Shown here piece by piece: positions 21,195 through 33,699 of a stretch of DNA of 64,000 nucleotides. Source of the DNA: Iphione sp. A-MEVVRFRX5. Taxonomy: Eukaryota. Position numbers and translations under genes: made by a program. The stretch is from assembly GCA_976226885.1 (NCBI GenBank), contig OZ320323.1, positions 1,612,001 through 1,676,000 of the forward strand, given 5' to 3'. The notes below the pieces were generated by a model. It had not been told where the DNA came from, ran no database searches, and saw only the letters and a program-made list of their open reading frames with translations. Within the stretch, counting starts at the first letter, position 1, and each line of letters opens with the position of its first letter.

Positions 21195-23742
21195 TCATAC
21201 TACGTGTGCACAGCTTCTTAGCCTCGGTTGCCCTTTGACAGGGTCAGGCAGTGAGTTCCACGCACACAGTCCCTTATAGGCCAGAGATCTGGCAAAGGTG
21301 GATGTCCTCGGTTTATCCACCTTCAGTCTCCTAGAACCGCCTTTTCTGGTTCTTGATTTTGTTACAGACTGCAACAGGCCAAGCTGCTGCAATCTGTGCA
21401 TGACTGACAAGCCCCTATGGTCAATGATGTTTTCAATGCGCTCAATACCGTACTTTCTGTGCAGTACTGCAGCACTCAAGTAGACGCCAGACTGAATGGC
21501 AGTTCTTGCACATTTGTTTAGATGAAGCTGCAACCTCACCTTGTCTGAGGGTGACAGCCCATACCATGAGATGCAATGGTACCGGAAAATCGACATTACC
21601 AGGGACTGGAACAGTTTAACTCGTGCACCTATTGGCAGTTGATGTTTTAACCTGGCAAGGCAGATTGACTTCACCCAGGTGTCCTTCATCACCTTTTTCA
21701 GGCTATCTTTCATCCGGAGACGTCCATCAACTGTGAACCCTAGTAACTTCACAGTCTTCTCCAACCTCAAGGAGTCTCCACCTAGGTTCAAGTCCAGCGG
21801 TATCCCACTGGCTGTCCCCAATGGAATGTATGCGCACTTCATGGGACTAAGTATCAGTCCCACTGAGCAACACCAGTTCCTCACCACATCAATAGTAGAC
21901 TGTGCTTGTGCCCATAGACGCAACAGGTCCCTCGCTTTCACCAGGATCGAGATATCATCGGCATAGAGGATCGGTGTGCAGCTCTCTGGGAGAACTGAGG
22001 GGAGTTGGTCTACAACCAGAGTGAAAGCACTCGGCCCAAAAATTGAGCCTTGTGGGACGCCCTGCTTCACTGCTCTTGGTTCAGATGAGACGCCCAGGCA
22101 CCTCACGAACTGCTCTCTCCCAGAGAGGTAAGAGGATATCATGGACCTGACTTTCCATCCAGCACCCAGTTTACACAGACAACTGAGTATTTCAATGTGG
22201 GGTACTGTGTCAAAAGCTTTTTGAAGGTCAAATGTGAGCAAACAAGAGTACCATTGCCTATTGATTGCCTCCCTGGCCGCTATCATGAGACTCACAATTG
22301 CAGTCTCCGTACTCTTCTTCTTTCTGAACCCGTGCTGTGACGAGCCAAGGGCTCCCTTCCGACCTAGTGCATGCATGATCTCATTTGTAAACCAGCTTTC
22401 ACATATCTTCCCCGGAAGGGGAAGAATGGAAACTGGTCGGTAGTTCCCTAGATCATCAACAGGACCCTTTTTGTACATGGGCGTTACCCGCCCTAATTTC
22501 CAACTCTTAGGATAAACTCCTGTTCGATAGATTTCCGAGAAAATCCATGTCAGAAATTCTGGTGCCATAGCCAATAGGGGCTGGAGTATCCTGGTTGGAA
22601 CTCCATCGATTCCTAATACTTCATGAGTTTTTGACGTAAAACAAGTTTTCTCACCTCACACGGTATGGGCAGAGTCAAAACCAGCACAATCCGTGCTAGG
22701 AGGGGCCCCCTGCACTGGGAAGCTACCTGTAACCAGAGCCTCAACACCTTCCACAAAGTGTCGATTGAAGGCATCAGCCACCTCCAGCCCAGTTTGTTTT
22801 TGGATGCTTGCGGCATCCAGCAGAGTTTCAGCCTCATCAATTTTCCCAAGCGCTTCGTTGAGCACGTGCCAGACCTGCCGGGGATTGTTACCAGCCAATT
22901 CCAGCCAGTCTGACCAGAAGCGACGTCGGGATCGGGTCATCTCATGCTTCACTTGTGTATTAAGGTAGCAGAAAATCCAACGACTGTCCAGGCAGCCAGT
23001 CTCACGCCACTTCTTAAAGAAGTAGGAGCGATCCGCAATTAACTCTTTCAAGTGACCCTCAATGGGGAAAGAGTTCAGGCGCTTTCTAACTGTGCATCTT
23101 CTGGGCGGGCAGCACACTTCGAGCTTATTCCTCAAGCAGCTGACAAAATTGTCCCAAGCTGATTTGTGATCACAATCCATGCGGATTCCATCATTCTGTA
23201 ACTCATCGTAGAGTTTATGCACATCCACATCCCTCCATCTCCTTCTCATTATTGTCACTGGAGGGGCCCTTAGTAATAATTCAATACTTGTCTTTGCCCT
23301 GGTCTTGAAAAGTTACAATTAAAGTCTCCTATAACTACTATACGTTCACACAGTGACACTCTATCCATTAAGCTCGTGAACATCTCCATGAATCAATTCC
23401 AATCTCAAATTGGGGTCCGTATACACAAATGATATTCATCCTACATCTTCGAACCTTAATTTGTAACAGTGTCATCTCCACATCTATCATCGAAATGTCC
23501 TCTGTGTGCTGAATTTCAATACCTCTCTTTACATATATTAAGATCCTGCCTCCCTTTTTACCCGTTTTCCTATCATTTTGCAATATATGATATGTTCCCC
23601 AATTTATATAACCATCAGATATCTCCTTCACTAACCAACTCTCATTGAAGACTATTATCTCATATTGAGCTCTTATAGATTCCCTCAGCTCTGATAATTT
23701 ATGGAATATACTTCTAATATTCTGACAAAGCAGTTTAATCAT
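21195..23742 (-). pseudogene. CR1/L2-group LINE ORF2 (APE, linker, RT), several breaks
   Basis: APE QNIRS/NESW (23368-23742); linker 22656-23258; open 459-aa RT with FDLQKAFD, GVPQG, YADD, AWNSLP. Confidence 0.93.
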
Positions 23743-23899
23743 TAATGTAGTTTATTCAACATATTGCTTAGGACCCCTCCCATTGCTATCCTTTTATTTT
23801 TCAGACCCTCCCTTTTACTTTTACTTGAATGTCTGTTTTGTGGTCTGGTATATATTACCTGTGATCACTCCCCTTACCCTACCGTGAAGTGTCTGATAA

Positions 23900-24450
23900 A
23901 CTTCTCCAGAAGTAATACCAATTTAGTCTTCCCTTCTCTGTTAAAGTGACAACCGTCTTCCCACAATTTGCAGGAGACAGCCCTGTCACCCATCCTCCTT
24001 CGGTAAGTTAGAATACCAACTCTTGGGGTTGGTCTAACATTACAAAAATTATATCTGTTATCACATGATTCACCTCTCTGAGTACCTCATTTACAGCACT
24101 TTGTGTAAATGTACTCCCATTCAAATCCTTCCCTCGATTTAGGTACAGATTGCATTTCACCACATTGATACTAGGTATTGTTCCAATGTAAAAAGGTATC
24201 GGACCTAGCTTGTTGTACAACCTATAGTTTATATCATGCAAGGTATCAATCAAGTTGTCCCTCACAGTGGATACATTCTCACCTCGCAACTCAATTTTGA
24301 CATATGACCCTGATATTGTGTACCATTCAAAACCTTCCTTGTACAATCACATATGCCTCCTAATATGATAACACCATTAATCACATTCATGTAAATAGTT
24401 ACATTCTTAAGCTCCCTAATTAACCGGTCCAATCCCGTCCCGGTATCATC
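23900..24450 (-). pseudogene. SGNH hydrolase ORF upstream of APE-RT
   Basis: GVIILGGICD at ~24350-24390, IPFYIGTIP..N..KCN, and LWEDGCHF at ~23945-23970. Confidence 0.78.
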
Positions 24451-24746
24451 AGTACAATTGCATGTACATCAACATCTGCCAACATACGTTCCAATGTGAC
24501 TCCTTGTAAGTCTGTTACAAATAGAAACATTCTTACATATAAGGTAAGTAGCTATAGTCTCTTATCTTTCTCCCTGATTATGCAGCCCAACTTGTGTCTG
24601 TGACTTCAGCATTGCGCTTCTCACCTTTGGTATACCCTTATCCACCAACATCTGTACCTGTCTATTTACAAAACAAAATCATTTAGGTCAGTATATTGTT
24701 TGTACACATTAAAAACATAATACTTTCAGATATAACAAATATTAAA

Positions 24747-24853
24747 TGTAGAAATAACTAGGGAGAAGCCATGTTGGAAACAGGAAGTAGTTGTCTTTAT
24801 TCTGATAGGTGGGACAAACTGTTTAGTTGTTGTTTACAAACGATCTCACTACA
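24747..24853. repeat. 3' LTR
   Basis: tgtagaaataac...ctcactaca; same as 33040-33146. On the minus strand it is preceded by the PPT GGAAGGGAGA (24854-24863). Confidence 0.96.
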
Positions 24854-25137
24854 TCTCCCTTCCAAGATCTTATAAGATAAAGTCAAACTGGTTGGAAATA
24901 CTTTAAGTTCATCAGCTGTCTCTGATAGTCCTTGAGAATTATTAAACTATCACTAGTTCAGTATTACTTTCGGGTCGGAGAGAAATGTTACTCTGTTACT
25001 ACTATATTTAATGAAATGTCTTCCTGTTGTTGCTGGTATTCTTCCTTAGCAATAGTTAGTGAATATCTGCTGTGTGCTAGAGTTCTTCACTGGCAGACTG
25101 ACCTCTGAACTCTGGGGTTTATTCTGCCCAGTGCACA

Positions 25138-27206
25138 CTACAGATCCAACCGGGATGGTGGTTTTACTGTCCTTCCAACTCTTGTCCTTGATGGCATTTT
25201 CATTTGAGGACCACTGGGTGATGTGGGTGGTCCTACTGTGCTGGACGGGATGGCTGAAGGTGGGTTTGGCCTTAGTAGGGATACTTTGATCGGACTTGGT
25301 GTTACGCACGTATCCTGTCCGTCCTCTTCCACTATCGGAGTGTGTTCCTTCATGCGAACCATCGATTCTCGGTTCCTCCGGACAGTGGTGCCAAGGTCAG
25401 TTTTCACTTGATACGACCTGGGCTCAGTGCACCGCTCAATGATTGATCCATGGCGTTGTTGGTCCTTTATCCATACTGTGTCACCCTTTTCCAGGGGCTG
25501 TAGAGGGATGGTGCGGTGTCGCCTGTTAAAGTTGTCGGCTGATTTTTGCCGGTACTTTTCCTCCTTCTCCCTGACTTTCTCCATGTGCATCGTTTCCACC
25601 GTCTGCTGCAGGTTGTTTGTCGTTGTAGGTAGGGTGGTGCGCAGTTGTCGGCCCATCAGGAGTTGACTTGGAGACAGGCCATTCTGTAATGGAGCAGATC
25701 TGTATGAGAGGAAGCCAAGGTACTGGTCGTCGTTTTTTCGCAAGATGTTTTTCGCAGTTTGGACGGCCCTCTCTGCTTCTCCATTAGCTTGTGGGTGCAA
25801 GGGAGATGAGGTCACATGTGTGAATCCATATTTGGATGCAAAGGATTTGAAGAGATCTGATGAATATTGTGGTCCGTTGTCAGACACCACAATATCAGGG
25901 ATGCCATGGGTGGCGAAGATACTCTTTAGTGCCCGTATGGTTGTCTGTGATGTTGTAGTCTCCAGGTAGCGGACTTCGATCCATCTGGAAAAATAGTCCA
26001 CGACTATGACATAGTTGCTCTTGTCAAATTCAAATAGGTCTGTTCCAACCCTCTCCCATGGACGGCTAGGGAATGAAGAAGGCATCAGTGGTTCCTTCTT
26101 CTCTGGACGGAGTTTGGAACAGACACCACACTTGGTAACCATTTCCTCTATGGTTTTGCTTAGGAAAGGCCACCAAACAGTTCCTTGGGCTCTTGCCCGA
26201 CATTTGCTTATACCCAGATGACCCTGGTGCAGCTGATTGAGCACCTCAAGTTGAAGAGCTCTGGGTATAACAATGCGGCTGCCGTACATTAGCAGATTGT
26301 TGACGATAGCCAGGTGTTGTCGGTTTTCCCAGTAAGGGCGTAGTAGGGGCTGCTCCGGCATATGTATCGGCCATCCTGATGTGCAGAACCTTTTCACTTC
26401 GGAGCATTCCGCATCGGCATCTTGTGCGGTCTTGATTTCTCTAAGACGGGCTTCTGTTGCTGGTAAGACAGCCACCGCCTTAGCTGCGAACTCCTCTACT
26501 TCTTCGATCAACGAAGTGTCCGCCTGACTTGGTCCACTGACTGGTGCACGCGATAGTGCATCAGCTGTCACTTGGTGTTTTCCCTGAACATGGATGACCT
26601 TTGGATTGAAGCGCATCATCCTCAGTCTAAATCTCAATATTCTGGGAGGCATCTTGGACAGATCAGTGGTTGACAGGAGTGGGACTAGAGGCTTGTGGTC
26701 CGTTTCAAGCAAGAAGTGTAGTCCCGTAATGTACTCAGCGAATTTCTCGCATGCCCATGTTGCAGCCAAAGCCTCCTTCTCAATAACAGCGTACCTTGAC
26801 TCTGTGTCGCTGAGCGACCTTGATGCATATGAGACTGGTCTTCGGCTACCATCTTCATCTACCTGTAGTAGCACTGCTCCCAGTCCATCTTTGCTTGCAT
26901 CTGCCGCGATAATGGTTTGGCGATTCGGGTCGTAGTGGGTGAGTGTTTCAGCAGAGGACAATTTCTCCTTGATTTCCTTGAAGGACTGTTCCTGTGGCTT
27001 GCCCCAGATCCATTCACAGTCCTTCCTAAGAAGCTGACGCAGTGGTTCATTAGTACTTGCCAGACCTGGGAGGAACTTGGCGAGCTGGTTCACCATTCCG
27101 TTAAACCTCTGCAACTCGGTGACATTCGTAGGTGGGGGAAACTCTCGTATTGCCTTCGTCTTGGCCGGGTCGGCTTCGATTCCTCCCGCTGAGATGATGT
27201 GGCCTA
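25138..27206 (-). CDS. Gypsy pol 3' part (RT end, RNase H, integrase)
   Basis: ADASKDG, EKEALA, TDHKPL, H...GHLG...C..C zinc finger, DYFSRW, SDNG, NGEAER. The frame continues GHIISAGG up to the LINE junction. Confidence 0.95.
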
Positions 27207-30200
27207 TTTTTGTATTTAATTCTTTATTTCAACTGGCGATTTCATACATCATTAGAGTATTTGCAGCCAGAAAACAATTCTTCTGATATTAATATCTATA
27301 TACATTTAACAGTGTTAGTAAATCATTCTTACACATTTGATAATTTGTTGTTCTTTTAGAGTTCCACTTCAGGTTGGTTTTAAATTCAACTGTTAGGTTC
27401 ACAATGTTTAACATGTACAGAGTAATTCGCAAGTGTCATGGTGTCGGACTTTACCTTCTTACATTGATATTATATTATATTCTTACTATTATATTATATT
27501 CTTAGGATTACATCCTTCCCTCGGGTACCACTCTTAGAAACTAATCTCATTAGGACCATGTCCTATCACTATAAGTAAAATAGAGGTAATAGGACTATGT
27601 CCTTGCCCAAACGACAGATCAATATCATCTACTAGACAATATCATATTGAGGACTAAGTCCTGTCTCACTATGCAATAGGACTAAGTCCTTTCCAAATTT
27701 ATTTCTCAGGGGACAAAGAAATTTGCAGAGACACGTCTTATCCTTTTCCATAATGACCTCATTCTAACTATATCATAGTGAGTTTCCTCTACCTTTAAAG
27801 ATAACCAAATTTGTTGAAATTTATAAACTACTGTATTTTTTATGTATTCCCTTGATGGCCTAAGTAATTTAATTGGTTTACGGGCACTATTCCGAGTTCT
27901 GGTATTGCTGGTTATTGCATGCCCAGTAACTTCCTTATATAACTCATTATGGAAATAGCCTACTCTTAACAGTACTGATTTTTTAATTGCCATCATTTCC
28001 CATTCTACCTCCTCTCTTGTTGGGGGGGGGTTTGGATAGAAACACTTTCTATATATTCGACGCCGTAAACTAATCAATTTTTTGTATGGACCTGATTTCT
28101 CATTATTAATTAAAAACATTCCATATTCTAATATAGGTAGTATCATAGTCCTAACAATTTGTAAAGATAACCTATCCGACATGAAATGCCTGATTATTGT
28201 AAAATGCTTTAGTTTCGCGTAACCTTTCCTTAAGAGTTCACCAATAAATACATCCCACTTGAGAGTTGAGCATATCATGACCCCTAAGTATTTATACATT
28301 CTTACTTCATCCAGTATTTGACCATTAACATACACCAAAATTCGAGATTTTGGTGGCCTCTGACCAAAGGGCATAACCTTGGTTTTACTAACATTTATTA
28401 ATATCCTGTTCATGTTGGCCCATCTTAATAAAGCGTTAATATCATCTTGAAGGTAGCTAACTGCAAGTTGATATGTATCAGCTTCAACTATCAGGGCAAC
28501 ATCATCAGCATATAGAAAACATTTTGACCTTTGAAAAGAAATGGGAAGATCATTAATAAAAATTAAAAATAATATCGGACCAAGAATGGATCCCTGGGGA
28601 ACACCACATGACAGTTTACATTTCGATGAAAAAACATCGTTTATTTTTGTTTCCTGCCATCTATTCCCCAAGTATGATCTCATTAATGGAACGATTGAAT
28701 TCGCACCTATCTGATACAGTTTTTCAATGATGACTTCATGACTCACAGAGTCGAAGGCCTTTGCAAAATCTATGAAACAACCTACGACCTTCATAGAATT
28801 ATTTAAACCAGATACAACACAACTCATTAAAGAATATAATGCCGTATCCGTCCCCCTGCCTGGTCTAAATCCGTGTTGAGAGTTAGTAATAATACAATTA
28901 TTTTCTAAGTAGACTATCAATCTATTGTAAATTAGTTTCTCAATAATTTTTGCTGGGAGTGATAGTTGACTTATTGGTCTATAATTTGTCAATTTCATTC
29001 TATCACCTGATTTATACAGTGGAGTCACTTGAGCCGTAGTCCAATCATTCGGAAAAGTATTAGTTAATAGAATATGATTACAAAGATGTTGAAGCTCACC
29101 TATTTGATGTGTCATAACTTCCTTGCAAATTCCGCTTGGTATATCTCTTAGAAGACTCGATTTAGAAGTTTTTAACTTCGTAACAATTTCATATAGCTCA
29201 TTTACTGAGAAGGGGGGCCATGATAGGCGTATCCCTAGTGGCTCCTTAGATACATATTCAACATTAATTAGCTGATCAGCTACCTGCTGTCCTATATTAC
29301 CAAAATGCTCATTGAAACTTTCAGCCATTTCTTGGTTTGAGAGATACTCTCCTCTATTATTTTTCAGTCTAATTTCTACTTTCTGCTTACCATATCCAAA
29401 TTCTTCCTTAATTTTTTTCCAAAAACCTTTCGGGTTATCAGTATGTTTCTTCAGACTGTGTAAAATATATTCTCTCTTCAGCCTATTCGACTCCCTCCTT
29501 ACTTTATACCGCAATATATTCATATGTAATTTATCTTCTGGACTCATTGTACTAAGGTATTTCTTTCTTGCATGGTGTTTTTGCCTAATTAGATCTAAAA
29601 GCATACCATTTATCCATGCGGGGATATCTGTTGATACAGTAACCTTTCGTACTTTTACTAGCTTATTCACAGCTGTAATTATCATGTTATACATCATAGC
29701 CCATTTGTCATTTGTATCATTAGTTTCATAGAAATCATCCCAATCAGATGTTATTATATTTCTGGTAAGCGAATCTATGTCCACGTTCCTATAATCCCTG
29801 TAAGTCTTAATCACCTTTTTATTGCATCCTACCGTACGCAACATGTAGGTTATTTCTAATATAAAGTGGTCACTAATATCATATTCTAGAACTTTAAGGT
29901 ATAAATTACTTCGTATGTTACTTATACATAAATCAATTATAGTACTTGAGTTACATGTTTTCCTTGTGGCAATTGTAACTAATTGATCCAAGTCGAACTC
30001 ATAACAAAAATCACGAAGCTTGGCCTTTGATGGAGACAATTTAAGCCAATCTATATTAAAATCACCTAGTAGGATCAAATCAAAATTACGATTGTTAACT
30101 TTAAGTACTTCAATATGATTCGTCAATAAATCAAGAAATTTTCCTACTAAACCTTTTGGTGGTCTATATAAGCAGCAGAAAAATAATTTTCTCCTACCAG

Positions 30201-30642
30201 GTACTAAAAACTCAAACCACATTATTTCTAAATCTGATGTGCTATTCCCCATCTCAGGCAAGGGAGTAATAAGTTTCGTTAATTCATTCTTAATTAATAG
30301 CATTAAACCACCCCCTTTCTGAAATGTACGATCAAGACGAAACAGTCTATAACCAGGGAAAGTAACCAATCCATCCGGAATTGCCGGACAAAGCCAGGTT
30401 TCACTCAGTAGAAAAATATCTGGTTGTAGTTGATGTAATAATATTTCAAATTGGCTCAACTTACCCTGGATACTTCTGATATTGAGATGATAAAATACAA
30501 TGCCAACACCAGTCTCTTTAGTTACCGCCATAGCATCTTGCTACACATGGTCTCATAACACCTAGCCAACCTGTAATAGGAACTCAAACATAATACGGTT
30601 AGTAATAATATAACAACAATAATCATGAAATTTAATATAGTT
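27207..30642 (-). mobile_element. CR1/L2-group LINE, 5'-truncated just upstream of ORF2, inserted in the Gypsy RT
   Basis: 3-bp CTA overlap at both junctions (27204-27206, 30643-30645). Removing it restores ..IRFL-GHII... The 3' end reads AATAAA...AAAAA. Confidence 0.93.
27706..30531 (-). CDS. Intact LINE ORF2 (APE endonuclease + RT), 941 aa
   Basis: APE motifs NIRS, SETW, YRPP, GDFN, IDL, SDH; RT motifs NYRPIS, FAKAFD, GVPQGS, YADD, YLGV; no RNase H. Confidence 0.96.
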   Translation of the reverse strand: MAVTKETGVGIVFYHLNIRSIQGKLSQFEILLHQLQPDIFLLSETWLCPAIPDGLVTFPGYRLFRLDRTFQKGGGLMLLIKNELTKLITPLPEMGNSTSDLEIMWFEFLVPGRRKLFFCCLYRPPKGLVGKFLDLLTNHIEVLKVNNRNFDLILLGDFNIDWLKLSPSKAKLRDFCYEFDLDQLVTIATRKTCNSSTIIDLCISNIRSNLYLKVLEYDISDHFILEITYMLRTVGCNKKVIKTYRDYRNVDIDSLTRNIITSDWDDFYETNDTNDKWAMMYNMIITAVNKLVKVRKVTVSTDIPAWINGMLLDLIRQKHHARKKYLSTMSPEDKLHMNILRYKVRRESNRLKREYILHSLKKHTDNPKGFWKKIKEEFGYGKQKVEIRLKNNRGEYLSNQEMAESFNEHFGNIGQQVADQLINVEYVSKEPLGIRLSWPPFSVNELYEIVTKLKTSKSSLLRDIPSGICKEVMTHQIGELQHLCNHILLTNTFPNDWTTAQVTPLYKSGDRMKLTNYRPISQLSLPAKIIEKLIYNRLIVYLENNCIITNSQHGFRPGRGTDTALYSLMSCVVSGLNNSMKVVGCFIDFAKAFDSVSHEVIIEKLYQIGANSIVPLMRSYLGNRWQETKINDVFSSKCKLSCGVPQGSILGPILFLIFINDLPISFQRSKCFLYADDVALIVEADTYQLAVSYLQDDINALLRWANMNRILINVSKTKVMPFGQRPPKSRILVYVNGQILDEVRMYKYLGVMICSTLKWDVFIGELLRKGYAKLKHFTIIRHFMSDRLSLQIVRTMILPILEYGMFLINNEKSGPYKKLISLRRRIYRKCFYPNPPPTREEVEWEMMAIKKSVLLRVGYFHNELYKEVTGHAITSNTRTRNSARKPIKLLRPSREYIKNTVVYKFQQIWLSLKVEETHYDIVRMRSLWKRIRRVSANFFVP

Positions 30643-32611
30643 CTAGGAATCTAATCTTCCTTTTCGAGAACTCACACTTGCTGTTGAGGGTGATCCCTGC
30701 TTTCTGGAGTCGTTGAAGGACTTTTCTCACTCTCTCATTGTGCTCTGTCTCGTTCTGTCCGTGGATTAGCACATCGTCCATGTGACAAATGACACCCTTG
30801 CCTTCTAGGTCCTGTAGAATAGTCGACATGGTTCGCTGAAAGATTTCTGGAGCAGAGCTTATTCCAAAGGGTAGACGGTTGAAACAATACCTCCCGAAGG
30901 GTGTGATGAAGGTCGTCAGGAGCCTTGAATCGCCATCGAGTGGAATCTGCCAGAACCCAGAGTTGGCATCGAGTTTTGAATAGATCATGCTTCCTCGCAG
31001 CTGTGCCAGGTTTTCATCCATCGACTTCATGGGATGAATCTCTCTTCGAACGGCCATGTTCAGTGATGTCAGGTCCACACAAATACGCACCTTGCCGTTC
31101 GGTTTTGGAACCGGGACCATTCCTGAACACCACTGTGTTGGTTCTGTCACCGGTGAAATGACCCCTTGTTCCAGCATCGTTTTTAGCTCTGCCTCGACTT
31201 GGGGAAGTAAGGGATGTGGCACCTTCCTGGCTGTGTAGAGGCATACTGGCTCTGCGTCTTGTCGTAGAGATATACGATGTGCGTCGTGGAGCTTCCCAAG
31301 CCCCTTGAAAAGCTGAGGGTATTCATCTCTGAAGTTTGGAGTTCCCTCATTGACCTCGTACACCATCTCAGATACTGTTATAAGCCCGAGTGCTTCACAC
31401 GCTTTCTTGCTGAGTAGCGACGTCCCCTGGTTCTTCAAGACGTAGATCATCTCCTGGTGCTCCTTGTCTTGAACACGCAGAGTACTGTCAAGTGCGCCAA
31501 GGATCTGCAGTTTCGTTCCGCCAGGCCCCCCTAGCTGCTGCTTTGTCGGTAGGAGCTTGCGGCCTGTCAGCGATGTATCCTTATCGCTGAGAACTGTCAC
31601 TTCTGCACCCGTATCCAGCTTGAATTCGGTAGCGCGTCCATCAACTGAAACGACTGCGGACCAGAATTTCTTGTTTCCTTTCACCTCACCGAGGAAGGGT
31701 ACTTCACCGTCATATCCGTGCTCGTGCTCCACTTCGTGTACTTTCTTGGCCTTAGACTTGCACACAGCCTGAAAATGACCTTTTTTGCCGCAGGAGTTGC
31801 ATGACGCATCTTTGGCTTTGCACAGATGTCGTGGATGTGGTGGACGACCACACCAACCGCACTTCCCACTGGATGTCTTCTGTCCGTCCGCTGATGCCCT
31901 CTGCGCGTCCTGAGGTCTTTGCATCTTACGGGGCCCATGCTGTTTCTTGTTTCTCTGTCCCCGCACATAATCGACATCACCTGAACTGTGTGACTCCTTG
32001 GTGCCATCGATCTGTTGCTTGTGTGTTCGGGACAGTTCACAGGCCCGCATAGTCTCAATGCATCTATTGAGATCGGGAACGGGACGCTCACGGAGAAGGC
32101 GGTCACGAGCGACGGTGTCTGTTGTACCGATCACGAGACGGTCGCGTATAAGACTGTCTTTCAGTCCTTCAAATTCGCACGAGGTTGCAAGCTGTCATAG
32201 CCTAACCACATACTCGTCAATGGTCTCATTGCCCTGTTGGTTCGCTGAATTAAACTTGTAACGCTCGAAAAGGACATGACGTTGAGGGATAAAATGCTCT
32301 CGGAGGCGTTCGATAATTATCTCTGGCTTCTTCTTATCCTCATCAGACGCAGTCGGAAGGGATTTCATTATTTTAAGGCATTCAATACCCATCACGGAAC
32401 AGAGTGTTGCTGCTGCCTGAATTTCACCACGCTCATTCACAGTATTGTCATCATTTTTCATCTTCTCTCCTAGCCCTGTTGCTATCAAATAATATTGCCA
32501 TGCGCTTTCGAAATCCCTCCAATTCTCAGCAACGTCCCCCTTTAGGTTCATAGGAGCTGGGGCAGGGATTTGATATGCGGCCATGATGACAATATACACG
32601 GACTTGTTCAC
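30643..32611 (-). CDS. Gypsy gag-protease-RT 5' part (one frameshift near 32150-32200)
   Basis: Mag-type gag start (NLKGDVAENWRDF), CGWCG..H and CNSCGKKGH knuckles, protease LDTGA, RT LDANSGFWQ / LPFG / HMDD. Confidence 0.92.
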
Positions 32612-33026
32612 TCCTGAACACTACGTGGATAGCAGGGCCTACTCTTTGACTGGCACACACAGTATGACTGACACTATACTGTGTGGTATGACTGACACTA
32701 TACTGTGTGGCACTAGATACTCTGGTATTAAACAGTCATTTGGCACATTCAAATTTACAGGCCTAAGTCACATAATCAATCAATCAAGAATACAGTAGTT
32801 ATGTTGACTTAGCTGCTCTAGTGGTGGTGATTTCTTTCAGTGATGGTGACTTCTTTGAGCTGCTCATGTGCTCCTCACATCAGCTCACAGGATCCGCTCC
32901 CATCCGTGTTCCTAGTGCTGCCCGGTGTCCTAAACATCTTTCACTGGAGAGGATAAACCCTACTTTCTCATTTATCATCAATTTTGAGAAAGGAAAGCTT
33001 AGTAGAAGGCTAGATTAGGCCCTAGC

Positions 33027-33039
33027 ACCGCTGCCACCA
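33027..33039 (-). promoter_or_regulatory. Primer-binding site, probably tRNA-Leu
   Basis: TGGTGGCAGCGGT directly follows the 5' LTR and is complementary to the ...ACCGCUGCCACCA 3' end of eukaryotic tRNA-Leu (from memory). Confidence 0.75.
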
Positions 33040-33146
33040 TGTAGAAATAACTAGGGAGAAGCCATGTTGGAAACAGGAAGTAGTTGTCTTTATTCTGATA
33101 GGTGGGACAAACTGTTTAGTTGTTGTTTACAAACGATCTCACTACA
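33040..33146. repeat. 5' LTR
   Basis: Identical to 24747-24853. Confidence 0.96.
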
Positions 33147-33680
33147 TTAAAGCTCAACATTTAATAACTCATTGTTAGCATTCTGGTTGTTAACTAACTT
33201 CTCTTCGACTGGTTCCGCAGTGCCATCGCCCAGCCCACTATTTTCTTCTGAGCCACTCATAGCATTTGCCACCACCTGTCCATCATCATCTGATGTGTGT
33301 ACCATATCTCCGCTGTCACCTCCAGTAGTATCCCCCATCCGAGGTCGAGTTAGATTATCATCCAGGTTGTCTTTGTCCAATCGGGTGGTGGACACAGTGT
33401 TTTGCACCTTATTGTGCTGCTCAGCGGTATCCGGGCTTATAACACTTCGCATAGCCCCTTCAATTTCGCTCGCTGTCAGCCTTCTGACAGTGACCGTTGG
33501 GAGGAGGCTTGCCGACAGAGTCTCTGTGTTATCGCCCACCATCCTCAGCGCTGCCACTTCCTTCAGAAAAATTCCCTTTCTCTGATTAAGCCACTCATCA
33601 ATACTCCTGTAGCGCGTTCTCAGGGGTCTACCCCCTTTTTGTGTGTTGGTTTTTAGCAGTTTTTTGCCCATGGCCGCCAA
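33147..33680 (-). CDS. Unknown 177-aa ORF, possibly the upstream ORF of the LINE split by the Gypsy insertion
   Basis: Open frame with a basic N-terminus and low-complexity acidic C-terminus. Its stop coincides with the TTAAA TSD and survives removal of the Gypsy. No recognisable domain. Confidence 0.35.
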   Translation of the reverse strand: MAAMGKKLLKTNTQKGGRPLRTRYRSIDEWLNQRKGIFLKEVAALRMVGDNTETLSASLLPTVTVRRLTASEIEGAMRSVISPDTAEQHNKVQNTVSTTRLDKDNLDDNLTRPRMGDTTGGDSGDMVHTSDDDGQVVANAMSGSEENSGLGDGTAEPVEEKLVNNQNANNELLNVEL

Positions 33681-33699
33681 TAGGACTAGCTCATCTCTG

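Larger units (their letters stand above)
24747..33146 (-). mobile_element. Ty3/Gypsy LTR retrotransposon, Mag-like, complete but interrupted by a LINE
   Basis: 107-bp TG...CA LTRs at 24747-24853 and 33040-33146, identical by eye; 5-bp TSD TTAAA; PBS and PPT present; domain order gag-PR-RT-RH-IN. Confidence 0.96.

Noticed and set aside
33021-33039. tRNA gene
   Set aside because: Only 13 nt complementary to a tRNA 3' end including CCA, so it is a primer-binding site.
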